A stretch of 64,000 nt of DNA from Ignavibacteriota bacterium (lineage in GTDB: Bacteria; Bacteroidota; Ignavibacteria; UBA10030), in assembly GCA_963701295.1 (NCBI GenBank), contig OY969585.1, forward strand, positions 1,824,001 through 1,888,000, read 5' to 3'. The translations under genes were made by a program, and so were the position numbers. Position 1 is the first letter of the stretch. Each line of letters begins with the position of its first letter. The notes below the pieces were generated by a model. It ran no database searches. It saw only the letters and a list, made by a program, of their open reading frames with translations, and was not told the origin of the DNA. Below, piece after piece: positions 21,140 through 32,488 of the stretch.

Positions 21140-21417
21140 CTATTCATATCCAGTTTATTCTACCAAGTGAACTGGAGAATGATTGACATCGCTAGTGTAC
21201 CACTCAATGCTATCGTAAAAATTATGTGCTGCGAAGTGACCAACGCAATGGGAATTGCCACCAACAAAGTTTGCCAGAGAACTCCGATCACAATGTTAAT
21301 GAAATCACGATGGAAATTCCTGTTTGGTTGGAAGTCGGGATAAGATATTCTCACTTTTAAAAGGATCGGTTTCCAGAATCTCCAATTCAGTACCTGCATA
21401 GAGAACTGCATCACCAT
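21140..21417 (-). pseudogene. Relic of the C-terminal end of a sodium:solute symporter
   Basis: FWKPILLKV...DFQPNRNFHRDFINIVIGVLWQTLLVAIPI...FTW*NKLD resembles Bacteroidota SSS C-termini; in-frame stop; rest of the gene is absent. Confidence 0.55.
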
Positions 21418-21810
21418 TGCACCGGCTGGGTTCCGGTCATCACCTCTGTTTTCCTTAGCCCGAGGGAGTTTATCACCCCAAGAAAATATGAATTCATATT
21501 CTTCACGGCATGCTTAGAAACGAGGTTGATAGTATTAATCATGATGTTGAAGGGCTTCCCAACTGAAAAAATAATTTTTTCAGGCACAAATTTTATCAAA
21601 CATGTTTATATCCGTATCAATGCTACTCTAGTCATCATATATTATCAGGTTAATAATGGTGTTATGGAATTGATAAATTCGGAATAAATTTTAACTTTTA
21701 AAAGACTATAATAGTTAGATAAATAATGGTATGGAATATGGCTTTATTGGCAAGATCTTTGTTAATTGATGTATAACGATTACTATTTATCTATTCTTCC
21801 GGAGAGAACT

Positions 21811-23871
21811 ATGAATAAATCAAGAATCAGTTTAACAAGCAGCCATTTTATTGTTCGATTGTTTTATTCTGTGGGAATCAATACGATTATCATCATGAAT
21901 CTTTTTCCTCAGACATCAACATTTCAGATTGCTCCTTTGTTCCAAGATAATATGGTCCTTCAACAACAGCGTAATGTGCCTGTTTGGGGCAAAGGGACTC
22001 CCGGTACCAGCGTTGTCATTAAAACATCGTGGGGAAAAACCGTATCTACTGTTGTAGGCTCGGATGGTCATTGGACGGTTGCCATAAATACACCCAAAGC
22101 AGGCGGTCCATTTCAGATTTCATTGCGTCATGGAAAATTATTATTGGTGGTACGAAATATTTTAGTGGGGGAAGTTTGGTTATGCTCTGGTCAATCCAAC
22201 ATGGAAATGCCTTTAGAAGGATGGCCGCCATCAAATATGATAACCAACAGTGACAGCGAAATCGATCAATCGCTCTATCCAAAAATTAGAATGTTTACCG
22301 TAATGCGTTCATATGAAGCATCACCAAGCGAATCGTGCATTGGAACTTGGATGGAATGCTCACCGGTGGATGTCCGCACGTTTAGTGCAGCAGCATTCTA
22401 TTTTGGGAAAAACTTATTCAAAGAGTTGAAAGTTCCAATAGGACTTATCAATTCCAGTTATGGTGGTACATTTATCGAAGCATGGATGAGTAAATCGGCA
22501 TTGAATTCTTTTGAGGAATATGCATCTCAATTGAAGCAGCTGGATATGTGCGGAGATAGTATTCGATCACTTAACAAATGGATAGTCAAACATCCATCAA
22601 TAGTTATTCATGAACAAGATCCGCTTCGCAAATATGAAGGATTGAATTTCCATGATGACCAGTGTTCTACTCGTTCGTATAATGACAGCACTTGGCATGA
22701 AATGAAACTACCGACATATTGGGAAAAAGCGGAGATTGGTGAATTCGACGGTGTAGTGTGGTTCCGAAAGCTTGTTACCATTCCCTCAAACTGGAAAGGC
22801 AAAGATCTTACACTCCGGCTTGGTCCTGTCGACGATATGGATGAAACATATGTAAATGGCAAAAAAGTAGGCGGTTATATGACGGACGGGTTCTGGAGTA
22901 CAGATCGTGTGTATAAGGTTACTGGGTCTCTAATAACAGATTCCCTGCTTCAAATTGCTGTCCGAGTGATCGATCTTCGAGGCGGTGGAGGAATATGGGG
23001 AAATAGAACAAAAATGATTCTTGTCAATGATGCAGATAGCAGTACTATTTCGATTGAAGGGAGTTGGAGATTCCTACCGGTGGCAGAATTGCAGTCAAAT
23101 ACATTTTATGTTTATGGAACGGAAGGAAACGAATTTTATAATCGGCCGAAGTTTCCTATCGACTTTTCGCAAAACACACCAAGTTCATTGTTCAATGGAA
23201 TGATCAATCCGCTTGTTCCTTTCACAATCAAAGGTGCTATCTGGTATCAAGGCGAGAATAATGTATCGAATCCTATTCTTTACAAGAAACTTTTCCCTGC
23301 TATGATTGCCGATTGGCGGAAACAATTTGAGGTTGGTGATTTCCCTTTCTATTTTGTGCAGATTGCTCCGTACGACTATGGGCAGAATTCAAAATCTCAG
23401 ATTCTTCGTGAAGCACAATTCCAAACTCTTTCTGTTAAGAATACCGGGATGGCAGTCACGCTTGATATTGGTAATCCGAAAGACATTCATCCGGCAGACA
23501 AAGAAGACGTCGGCGGGCGCTTGGCCTATTTGGCATTGGCTAAAACCTATGGAAAGAAAATTCCGTTCTCCGGTCCTGTTTACAAATCGATGAAGGTGAT
23601 AAAGGGAAAAGTAATTCTCTCGTTTGATAATGCTGGCAAGGGATTGATAATAAAACCGTTGAAGGGTGAATACAATTTCATGATTGCGGGCGAGGATAAA
23701 GTATTTAAGAAAGCAATTGTAAAGATTGAAGGATCAAAGCTTGTGATCTCAAACCCCGAAATCAAAAAACCGGTTGCAGTACGTTATGCTTGGAGCAACA
23801 CCGATGAAGCAACGCTGTTCAATAAGGAAGGATTACCGGCTTCATCATTCAGGACAGATTCATGGCAATAG
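21811..23871 (+). CDS. Sialate O-acetylesterase-family (SASA) carbohydrate esterase with an inserted galactose-binding-like domain
   Basis: DNMVLQQ, GEVWLCSGQSNM, GAIWYQGENN, DIHP and VAVRYAW motifs. Confidence 0.9.
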   Translation: MNKSRISLTSSHFIVRLFYSVGINTIIIMNLFPQTSTFQIAPLFQDNMVLQQQRNVPVWGKGTPGTSVVIKTSWGKTVSTVVGSDGHWTVAINTPKAGGPFQISLRHGKLLLVVRNILVGEVWLCSGQSNMEMPLEGWPPSNMITNSDSEIDQSLYPKIRMFTVMRSYEASPSESCIGTWMECSPVDVRTFSAAAFYFGKNLFKELKVPIGLINSSYGGTFIEAWMSKSALNSFEEYASQLKQLDMCGDSIRSLNKWIVKHPSIVIHEQDPLRKYEGLNFHDDQCSTRSYNDSTWHEMKLPTYWEKAEIGEFDGVVWFRKLVTIPSNWKGKDLTLRLGPVDDMDETYVNGKKVGGYMTDGFWSTDRVYKVTGSLITDSLLQIAVRVIDLRGGGGIWGNRTKMILVNDADSSTISIEGSWRFLPVAELQSNTFYVYGTEGNEFYNRPKFPIDFSQNTPSSLFNGMINPLVPFTIKGAIWYQGENNVSNPILYKKLFPAMIADWRKQFEVGDFPFYFVQIAPYDYGQNSKSQILREAQFQTLSVKNTGMAVTLDIGNPKDIHPADKEDVGGRLAYLALAKTYGKKIPFSGPVYKSMKVIKGKVILSFDNAGKGLIIKPLKGEYNFMIAGEDKVFKKAIVKIEGSKLVISNPEIKKPVAVRYAWSNTDEATLFNKEGLPASSFRTDSWQ

Positions 23872-23928
23872 ACATATGATGATATGTGTTATAACGAAGA
23901 AGTTGAAAAATATTGAAGGATATCGTTT

Positions 23929-26119
23929 ATGAAGCGCATGTTCATCTTTTTGCTATTTGTCATCACGGGTAACTCTTTACTTGCTGCTCAAGACACCATT
24001 CCCGCAAATAATTCTTATATACAATATTATGGACGATGGGATATGTCCGTTCCAACACAACCGGCGCATGGATGGCCGGGAGTGTATGTGACTGCTGTCT
24101 TTCAGGGAACAAGTATCGGTGTCATTACCGACGATAACGCTTGTTGGTATAATGTTTTTATCGATGATACGCTTGTGCAAATATTCAAGGGAAGTCTTTA
24201 CGGGTCAAATATGTATACGCTGGCTTCCGGACTTAAAGATACGGTACACACCATACTTTTCGAACTGCGGTCGGAAACTTCCTGGACCAAATTCGGGTTT
24301 TACGGATTTGTTCTGGATAGCGGAAAAAGTCTTGTCGCCCCGCCTGCAAAACCGCCGCGAAAAATAGAATTTATTGGAGATTCATATACGAGTTCTTCGG
24401 GCAACGAATGGACCCAATCGACTTCAGCGCCGAGCGACTCATTCAGCAATATTTATAAAGGATTCGGTTCGATTATTGCTCGGCATTATGGGGCACAGTA
24501 TATGATGACAAGCCGCGGGGGCATCGGACTTGTTCATGATTATACAGGAAATTACGGCAATAATCTCCCTGCATTTTATAATAGAACATTTTTTTATTCA
24601 CCAACACCTAAATGGGATTTTTCAAAATGGGTTCCCAATCTGGTTGTCATCTGTCTCGGGCTCAACGACTATAGCGGATGGGGAGGATATTCCACTCCGC
24701 CCACCGATCAATGCGCTCAATACTATAGGACCAGTTATCATAATTTTATCGCTACCATTATGGGCGTTTATGTAGGGACAAAAATTCTCTTGGTTTCTCC
24801 AAACGGTATCGATTGGCTTAATACAAATATCAAACAGGTGGTACAGGAAGAAAATTTCATGGGGCATACAAATGTATTCTTCGGTGCATTCCCATATTAT
24901 TTCGATCCCGAAGCATACGTCAATTCTGGACATCCCAGTGTTGCAACGCATCAAAAAATTGCCGATACTTTAATTTCTTTCATTGATTCCATCAATGCAT
25001 GGACTCCTTACATCGGCACAAAGGCGCCGTACATAACCAACATGCCATCTTCTCCTACGACAACGTACAGTTCATCATATACATTGAAAGTACAGACAAA
25101 CACATATGCAACAATGCGTTACAGTACCCGAAAATAAACCGTACGAACAAATGGAAAATGTCTTCACAACAACCGGAACTCAGACGCATTCTGTGGTTCT
25201 TTCATGTGTCAACGGTAATACATATACCTATTATATGCGCGCCATTGATATTTACGGCAATGCTATGGACACATCCGCAGTGATAACCATATTTGCTGAT
25301 ACGACAAAAAAGGCTGTCGATTGGACATCGCTCGATTATGATCAGTCCGCATGGAGCAAAGGAACCGCTCCTCTGGGAAATGGAACCGGCGTTACGACTC
25401 AGGTCGGTAATGTAACGACGGCATATTATAGACATATATTTCCTATCGATACCAGTTCGAGCTTTTTTTTGAAAGTCAATATTAAGGGACACGACGGTGC
25501 AATCGTTTATTGCAACGGGACAAAGATCGCAACTTTCAATATGTTTGCCAATTCCGGAGTTACGTATTCTACTCTTGCCGATAATATATTCAATTTCGAT
25601 ACGGCAATTGTATTTACAAAAGCGAACGGATACAACAGGTTATTGCAAATTGGCAACAATATTATAGCAGTTGAAATGCACACGGGAAACACCAGTACTC
25701 AAAATTCCAGCTTTGATTCATACGTTATCAATACATCGGACAACAGTTATATATACTCATTAGGTTCCGATTGGAATTATTATGCCGGCGGTTCTACTCC
25801 GCCGAATCAAGTGAATGTCGTCAGCGTCGTAGCAAACGAATCCAATCTCATTCCCATGAAGACGGATTTACTTCCCAACTATCCGAACCCTTTCAATCCG
25901 TCAACGACTATACAGTACGTGATATCTTCCCGGTGCATGGTAACACTTAAGGTCTATAATGTCCTGGGGGAAGAAATTGTGATATTGGTGAACGAACAGA
26001 AACCTGTTGGATCGTATAAGGTTCAATTAAATGCCAATAAGTTTGCGAGCGGCGCATACTTTGCTGTCCTTCGTGCCGGAAGCTTTATGAAGACAACAAA
26101 GTTGCTTTTATTGAAGTAG
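23929..26119 (+). CDS. CE2-like SGNH acetylesterase with a T9SS C-terminal sorting domain; apparent 1-nt insertion at CCC 25127-25129
   Basis: RKIEFIGDSY, CLGLND and GHP in ORF 23929-25137; NYPNPFNPSTTI...KLLLLK in ORF 25106-26119; the frames join at RYST/ENKPY. Confidence 0.85.
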
Positions 26120-26419
26120 GATTTCTTTATCCAGCTTTGGTAGGATATAAACGAGTTTTTACATTATGAATTGGATGTTGCGCCGTTTTTATCCTAATAA
26201 ATTTTTATGGTTTATAGATCGTGAACACAAATACTCTTTAGCTAGAAATATTCTGATGTGAGAGTATTTATTTCGTCATATTGTATTGTAATGGATTCTT
26301 GAGAAAAGACATCGAAGTCTTTTAGGAAGATGAAAAATCTTAGGGCACAATATTAAAAAAAGATCTATACTTCACTTCATAATGCATTGAAAATTACAAC
26401 TAAAAACAAAGGAATCTTT

Positions 26420-27628
26420 ATGAAAAAAATATTTTTAACTCTTTTCGCTGTCATCCTTTTTTTTCCGCTGCTGCTTGCGCAAAAATTCCAAGGACTAGCG
26501 CTAACACCGCCGATGGGGTGGAACAGTTGGAATACATTTGCATGTAACGTCGACGAGTCTCTCATTCGCGAAATGACGGATGTCATTGCAATAAACGGCA
26601 TGAAAGAGGCTGGTTATACGTACATTGTTCTCGACGATTGCTGGGAGGGTGAACGGGATAGCCTAGGATTTATTCATCCAGATCCGAAGCGTTTTCCCTC
26701 TGGAATGAAAGCCCTAGCCGATTATATTCATTCCAAAGGATTAAAATTTGGCATTCATTCATGCGCGGGTATTAAAAGCTGTGCCGGATATCTATCCAGC
26801 CGCGGACATGAATATCAGGATGCGCTGATGTATGCGAAGTGGGGTGTTGATTATCTCAAGTACGATTGGTGCAATACGAATGGATTAAATGCGGTGGGAG
26901 CATATACGACAATGCGCGATGCTTTATTCGCTGCGGGGAGACCCATAGTATTTAGTTTGTGCGAATGGGGGAATAACAATCCGTGGGAGTGGGGCAAAGA
27001 TGTCGGACACTTGTGGCGTATCACGGGAGATATTACAGATTGCTTTGATTGTGAAATAAATCATGGCACATGGTCATCCTGGGGAATTATGAAAATTGTC
27101 GAAATGAGAAAAGATATTCGCCGCTATGCGGGTCCTGGTCACTGGAATGATCCGGATATGTTGGAAGTAGGAAGAGGGATGTCTCTGAGTGAAGACCGGG
27201 CGCATTTTTCTCTCTGGTGTATAATGGCTTCTCCGCTCATTGCAGGAAATGATCTGCGTAGTGTGAAGAAAGAGACGATGGAGATTCTCACAAACAAAGA
27301 GATGCTCGCTGTTGACCAGGACTCTCTTGGTATTCAAGGATACCGATATGATGCAAAAGACAGCCTCGAAGTGTGGGTAAAGCCGCTCATGAAAGATGAT
27401 TGGGCTGTGTGTTTTCTCAATCGGTCTGCAAAAACACAGAAAATAGATTTTGACTGGTCGAAGAATGTTGTGATTGATACTGTTGCGCACCGGACACTCA
27501 ATACCAATGAGACAGTCTTTACTTTGCGAAATTTATGGACAAAGAAGAATATCGGAAGTACAAAAAAGAATCTTCAGGCAGTAGTCCAGTCGCATGATGT
27601 CTTTGTAGTAAGATTAGGGAAGAAATAA
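26420..27628 (+). CDS. Alpha-galactosidase, GH27
   Basis: TPPMGWNSWN, LDDCW, DYLKYDWC and WNDPDMLEVG motifs; signal peptide. Confidence 0.95.
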   Translation: MKKIFLTLFAVILFFPLLLAQKFQGLALTPPMGWNSWNTFACNVDESLIREMTDVIAINGMKEAGYTYIVLDDCWEGERDSLGFIHPDPKRFPSGMKALADYIHSKGLKFGIHSCAGIKSCAGYLSSRGHEYQDALMYAKWGVDYLKYDWCNTNGLNAVGAYTTMRDALFAAGRPIVFSLCEWGNNNPWEWGKDVGHLWRITGDITDCFDCEINHGTWSSWGIMKIVEMRKDIRRYAGPGHWNDPDMLEVGRGMSLSEDRAHFSLWCIMASPLIAGNDLRSVKKETMEILTNKEMLAVDQDSLGIQGYRYDAKDSLEVWVKPLMKDDWAVCFLNRSAKTQKIDFDWSKNVVIDTVAHRTLNTNETVFTLRNLWTKKNIGSTKKNLQAVVQSHDVFVVRLGKK

Positions 27629-27759
27629 CTGCACGTTTCCTTTATGGCTAAAAGTGCTTCCAGTGTTTTCGTCTTTAGGACGGGCGATGATTAGTGCTAT
27701 GAATGAAGAAGTGAATTACAGAAGAGAATAAATAATAGAGCTGAACATGTGGAACGACC

Positions 27760-28863
27760 ATGAATAATAAAACATCAATACTATTTATTTTGTTCGTAGC
27801 AGAAGTCTGCTTGGCGCTCGTGGCACATTCACAGCAGGTGCAATCAGGGGCAAAATATTTCGATTGGTCCTACGGCCAGGAAATGAGAAGGCCTGTCGAT
27901 AATCCTAATGCAAAAAAACTTTCGCTCATCAAAGTGAAAGGAAATAAATTTGTCAATGCATCAGGAGATACGATTGTGTTTAGGGGAACGGCGATTGCTG
28001 ATCCGGATAAATTAGAACAAGGAAAACACTGGGATAGAAATATATTTCTACGCGTAAAAGAATTCGGCGCTACACTCGTTCGCATTCCGGTTCATCCTGT
28101 GCCCTGGCATATGCGTACTCCTGAAAAATATCTCCAGCTTCTTGATCAAGCGGTTGACTGGTGTACAGAACTCGGGATGTATGTCATCATCGATTGGCAT
28201 TCTATCGGGAATCTCGGAATGGAACTGTTTCAGGATCCTGTGTATTATACAACGCGTCAGGAAACATATGAGTTCTGGCGTACCATCGCCATGCATTTTA
28301 AAGGAAACAACACGATTGCGTTTTACGAACTCTTCAACGAACCGACATTGAATAATGGCAAATTGGGGAGTATGTCGTGGAGTGAATGGAAGAAAATAAA
28401 TGAGAACCTTATCCATCTCATTCGAGCATATGACACTGAACGAATTCCGCTGGTGGCAGGCCTTGACTGGGCATACGATTTAACTCCGCTTCGTATTGAG
28501 CCGATAGATGCGGAGGGTATTGGATATGTAACGCATCCCTACGCGCATAAATGCAAAAGGCCATATGTTCCGAAGTGGGATGAAGCTTTTGGTTTTGCTT
28601 CGAATCGCTATCCTGTCGTCGCAACTGAATTCGGATTTACCTTTGGAACGCAGGAATGGGAAGATAATGGTGATTATGGAAAAGAAATAATTTCATATTT
28701 GGAAGAACGCGGAATAAGCTGGGTGTGCTGGGTGTTTGATCCGGAATGGTATCCCAGATTGGTCGAAGCTTGGTTCCTTTTAGACTTACAAAGAGCGGTG
28801 AATTTTTTAAGCAAGCTCTTCAACAAAAAATTCAAAAATAACGAATTTATTTTGATATCCTGA
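27760..28863 (+). CDS. Glycoside hydrolase family 5; probable frameshift near 28775, corrected stop at 28841
   Basis: VRIP, IIDWH, ELFNEP, HPY and ATEFG motifs; another frame gives the more natural ending RLTKSGEFFKQALQ. Confidence 0.88.
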   Translation: MNNKTSILFILFVAEVCLALVAHSQQVQSGAKYFDWSYGQEMRRPVDNPNAKKLSLIKVKGNKFVNASGDTIVFRGTAIADPDKLEQGKHWDRNIFLRVKEFGATLVRIPVHPVPWHMRTPEKYLQLLDQAVDWCTELGMYVIIDWHSIGNLGMELFQDPVYYTTRQETYEFWRTIAMHFKGNNTIAFYELFNEPTLNNGKLGSMSWSEWKKINENLIHLIRAYDTERIPLVAGLDWAYDLTPLRIEPIDAEGIGYVTHPYAHKCKRPYVPKWDEAFGFASNRYPVVATEFGFTFGTQEWEDNGDYGKEIISYLEERGISWVCWVFDPEWYPRLVEAWFLLDLQRAVNFLSKLFNKKFKNNEFILIS

Positions 28864-28946
28864 TAGCAGCGACACTGATGATTGATCTGTTTTTCCCCTG
28901 TGGAGGTCATCAATAGTATAATGGAAATATCAAGAGGGTTATATGG

Positions 28947-29989
28947 ATGAGATTCTCCATGCGCAGTGTAATAATTTTTTTCGTTTTCATGCTACTGTAC
29001 ACTATTGTAAAAACCGAGGATGGTTCCTTATCGGAGAAAGAGAAAGGAAAACCGACAATTGTCAGTCTTGTTGGGTTCATCCATGTAAAAGGAAATAAGA
29101 TCGTCGACCAGTATGATACTCCCGTTGCTTTACATGGTATAAGCTTATTTTGGAGTCAATGGGGGGGCGGTTTTATAATGCAGACTGTATCCGATGGCTG
29201 CGAGATGATTGGAAATGCACTGTTATCAGAGCAGTCTGCGGTATTCAATCTGATGGATATCTTGGAAATCCGGAAGCAGAACTAGCAAAAATATCAACAG
29301 TAATCGATGCATGTATTGACCTCGGGATATATGTCATCGTCGATTGGCATGATTATAACGCAGAAAAACACTTGCAGCAGTCAAAAGAGTTTTTCCGAAC
29401 AATTGCATGTAAATACGGTAGAACTCCGAACCTCATCTATGAAATATACAATGAACCTCTCAAAGTGTCTTGGGGCGATGTTATTAAACCGTATGCGAAA
29501 GAGGTTCTTACGGCTATTCGACAATATAATCCTGATAATCTCGTCATTATTGGTACACCGCATTGGGCACAAGATGTTGACACTGCCGCTCAAGCTCCAA
29601 TTTCCGATTCGAATATAGCGTATTCATTTCATTTCTATACCAGTGATAAATGGCATAAGCAAAACCTGCGGGATAAAGCAATCGCAGCCATAAAAAATGG
29701 GTTACCAATTTTCATCACGGAATATGGTATTAGTGAATCGAATGGAAATGGCATCATTGACTCTGTAGAAACAATAAAATGGTTTTCCTTTATTGATGAA
29801 TATGAGTTGAGTACCTGTAATTGGTCCATCATGGATAAGGAAGAGACTTCCGCAGCTTTAAAGCCCGGAGCAAATGCAATCGGTCATTGGAATATTTCCG
29901 ACCTGAATATGTCCGGTGTGTTTATACGAAACAGGATTCGAACGATAAATGAAAAAATATTTCAATTATTGGATACAAAGACGAAATAG
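28947..29989 (+). CDS. GH5 (subfamily 2-like) endoglucanase; apparent 1-nt deletion in the G7 run at 29161-29167
   Basis: LHGISLFWSQW in ORF 28947-29285 joins FYN...IVDWH, YEIYNEP, HFY, FITEYG and NWS in ORF 29150-29989. Confidence 0.9.
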
Positions 29990-30022
29990 TAACAAACTTC
30001 ATCAATTTGAAAGGAAACAACC

Positions 30023-31555
30023 ATGAATATGGCTTCACTTCCCGTCTTTCCAGAGTGTAATCTATTTTATGTGTGTCAAGTGTCTATTTTATTGTTGTTT
30101 GTTGTGTGCATCGTAATCAGTACATCATTGGGAAACATTCCATCATTTGAAGGGAAGACTAATATTGGAAAGGTCAACATTCCAGGATCAATTCAGATTG
30201 ATTCCTCCGCCGCCGGGATCATTCGTATGACCGGGAACGGAGAAAATATTTGGGGAACCGATGATGCGTTCTATTTTGTATGGAATAAAATCGATGGCGA
30301 TGCATCATGTTCGGTCGATGTTGGATGGGAGGGCACAGGGAAACATCCACACCGAAAGGCAGGTTGGATGTTCCGTGCTGGATTAGAAGCGAATGATCCT
30401 TATGTCGACGCCATCGTTCATGGAGATGGCCTTATTTCGATGCAATACAGAATATCCAAGGGGGACGTGACAAAAGAAGTGCAGTATCCTCTTCGAGGCG
30501 CCAAACGAATAAGTATCGAACGAACTGGCGATCAATTTACAATGTACGTTTTAGGAATCGACAGTGTACTGCATCCTGTAGGCACGATAACAGTTGAACT
30601 TCGCGGACAAGTCTATGCCGGATTGGCTGTGTGTTCTCATGACTCAACGACGAAGGAGACTGCACTATTAACGAATGTGGGATTCAAATTGCTCGGTAGT
30701 TCTCCCTTAGAGAAACGTATTGTCGAAAGTACACTTGAGACTCTTAACATCGAAACAGGAGTTCGCTCCATTGTCCACCGTGCAAAGCAACATTTTGAAG
30801 CGCCCAATTGGAGTCGCGATGGAAAATATTTTCTATTTAATTCCGGAGGAAAAATCTATACGATTCCTGTCGGCGGCGGCACGCCGCAGTCTTTAAATAC
30901 TGGGTTTGCAATCAAGTGTAATAACGATCATGGGATTTCATGGGATGGAAAAGAATTAATCATCAGCCATCATGCCGAAGAGAATAAATCGCTTATATAT
31001 ATTGTTCCAATCATGGGCGGCGAACCGCGCCTTATTACGACGAAGGGTCCATCGTACTGGCATGGGATATCTCCGGATAATAAAACTCTTGCATACTGTG
31101 CCGAACGAAATGGAGAATACGATGTGTATACAATCGCATCATCCGGTGGTGAAGAGAAACGTTTGACCTCGACACCTGGCCTCGATGATGGTCCGGAATA
31201 TTCCGTGGATGGGAATTACCTATATTTCAATTCTGTACGAACCGGACAGATGAAAATCTGGCGGATGAAACCGGACGGTTCTCAACAAATTCAATTTACT
31301 CCGACTGATGAATATGGTGATTGGTTTGCACATCCTTCTTCTGATAATAAATGGATCGTCTTTGTTTCCTATGACAAAAGTGTTGAAGGACATCCGGCAA
31401 ATAAAAATGTCGTGTTGAGATTGATGCCGACTACCGGAGGTGATATTAAAAATATTGCTTATCTCTTCGGCGGACAAGGCACTATCAATGTCCATTCATG
31501 GTCGCCGGATAGCAAACAATTCGCTTTTGTAAGTTATAGACTTGTAATTCCTTGA
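30023..31555 (+). CDS. TolB-like PD40 beta-propeller protein with an N-terminal beta-sandwich domain
   Basis: FEAPNWSRDG, NNDHGIS, SYWHGISPD, DDGPEYS and GGQGTINVHSWSPD repeats. Confidence 0.8.
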   Translation: MNMASLPVFPECNLFYVCQVSILLLFVVCIVISTSLGNIPSFEGKTNIGKVNIPGSIQIDSSAAGIIRMTGNGENIWGTDDAFYFVWNKIDGDASCSVDVGWEGTGKHPHRKAGWMFRAGLEANDPYVDAIVHGDGLISMQYRISKGDVTKEVQYPLRGAKRISIERTGDQFTMYVLGIDSVLHPVGTITVELRGQVYAGLAVCSHDSTTKETALLTNVGFKLLGSSPLEKRIVESTLETLNIETGVRSIVHRAKQHFEAPNWSRDGKYFLFNSGGKIYTIPVGGGTPQSLNTGFAIKCNNDHGISWDGKELIISHHAEENKSLIYIVPIMGGEPRLITTKGPSYWHGISPDNKTLAYCAERNGEYDVYTIASSGGEEKRLTSTPGLDDGPEYSVDGNYLYFNSVRTGQMKIWRMKPDGSQQIQFTPTDEYGDWFAHPSSDNKWIVFVSYDKSVEGHPANKNVVLRLMPTTGGDIKNIAYLFGGQGTINVHSWSPDSKQFAFVSYRLVIP

Positions 31556-31592
31556 TCAAGAGAAGTAAAAGAAAGGATAAAGGTGCAATACA

Positions 31593-32468
31593 ATGGGAAA
31601 AGAAAAGTATTCACGGAAAGACTTTATAAGACTCCTCGGGTTCGGTACCGCTGCATTGGCGTTTCCCGATTTTTCTTTTTCGCAAACTCACAAATACACG
31701 GCGCCTATTGCAATTCAACTCTATACCGTCCGGAAAAAAATAGAAAAAGACTTTGAAAGTACTATACGCGCCGTTGCTGAGATGGGGTTTTTCGGCATTG
31801 AAACATATGCACTGCCCCAAAATATTACTCTAGTGCGAGCCTCAAAAGTTTTCAAAGATTGCGGATTAAAAGTTATCAGTATGCATACCGAAATGCCAGT
31901 TGGCGATCAGAGAGATGCTATTTTAAGAATGGCGGACGCATATAATTGCAAATATGTAGTTTACGCTGGATGGCCTCAAGGGGACAAATATAAAAATCTT
32001 GAAGCGACAAAACGAACCGCCGATACCTATAATGAAGCGGCATCTTTTTTTAAGACAAAAGGCTTGCATTTCGGCCTTCATGATCATTGGTGGGAGTTTG
32101 AAAAGATGGATGGAATATATCCATTCTATTATTTATTAGAGCATTTAGATCCCAGCATGTTTTTTGAGATTGATACGTATTGGGTGAAAACCAGTGGCCA
32201 AAATCCTGCAAAAGTCATTGCCGATTTTGGCAAACGAGCTCCATTCCTTCATATCAAAGATGGCCCGGCGATAAAAGGTGACAAAGCATACGAACAAGTG
32301 CCGGCGGGAAGCGGAACAATGGATTTTCCATCAATCGTTAAAGCTGGAGGTAGTCACATAAAATGGATGATTGTTGAATTTGATGAGTACGCGGGAAATA
32401 TTTTAGAAGGTGTGCAGGACAGTTACACATATCTGACGAAAAATAGTCTGGCAAAAGGGAAAGTATAA
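31593..32468 (+). CDS. Sugar phosphate isomerase/epimerase (xylose-isomerase-like TIM barrel) with a Tat-like signal
   Basis: SRKDFIR leader; IQLYTVR, HDHWWEF, EIDTYW, LHIKDG and IVEFD motifs. Confidence 0.85.
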   Translation: MGKEKYSRKDFIRLLGFGTAALAFPDFSFSQTHKYTAPIAIQLYTVRKKIEKDFESTIRAVAEMGFFGIETYALPQNITLVRASKVFKDCGLKVISMHTEMPVGDQRDAILRMADAYNCKYVVYAGWPQGDKYKNLEATKRTADTYNEAASFFKTKGLHFGLHDHWWEFEKMDGIYPFYYLLEHLDPSMFFEIDTYWVKTSGQNPAKVIADFGKRAPFLHIKDGPAIKGDKAYEQVPAGSGTMDFPSIVKAGGSHIKWMIVEFDEYAGNILEGVQDSYTYLTKNSLAKGKV

Positions 32469-32488
32469 CATTTACTGAGAAGAGTATT

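Noticed and set aside
25106-29285. Phase variation of the CE2 and GH5 genes by slipped-strand tracts (C3 at 25127, break near 28775, G7 at 29161)
   Set aside because: The tracts are short and share the single-indel signature of the housekeeping genes; only G7 is marginally plausible
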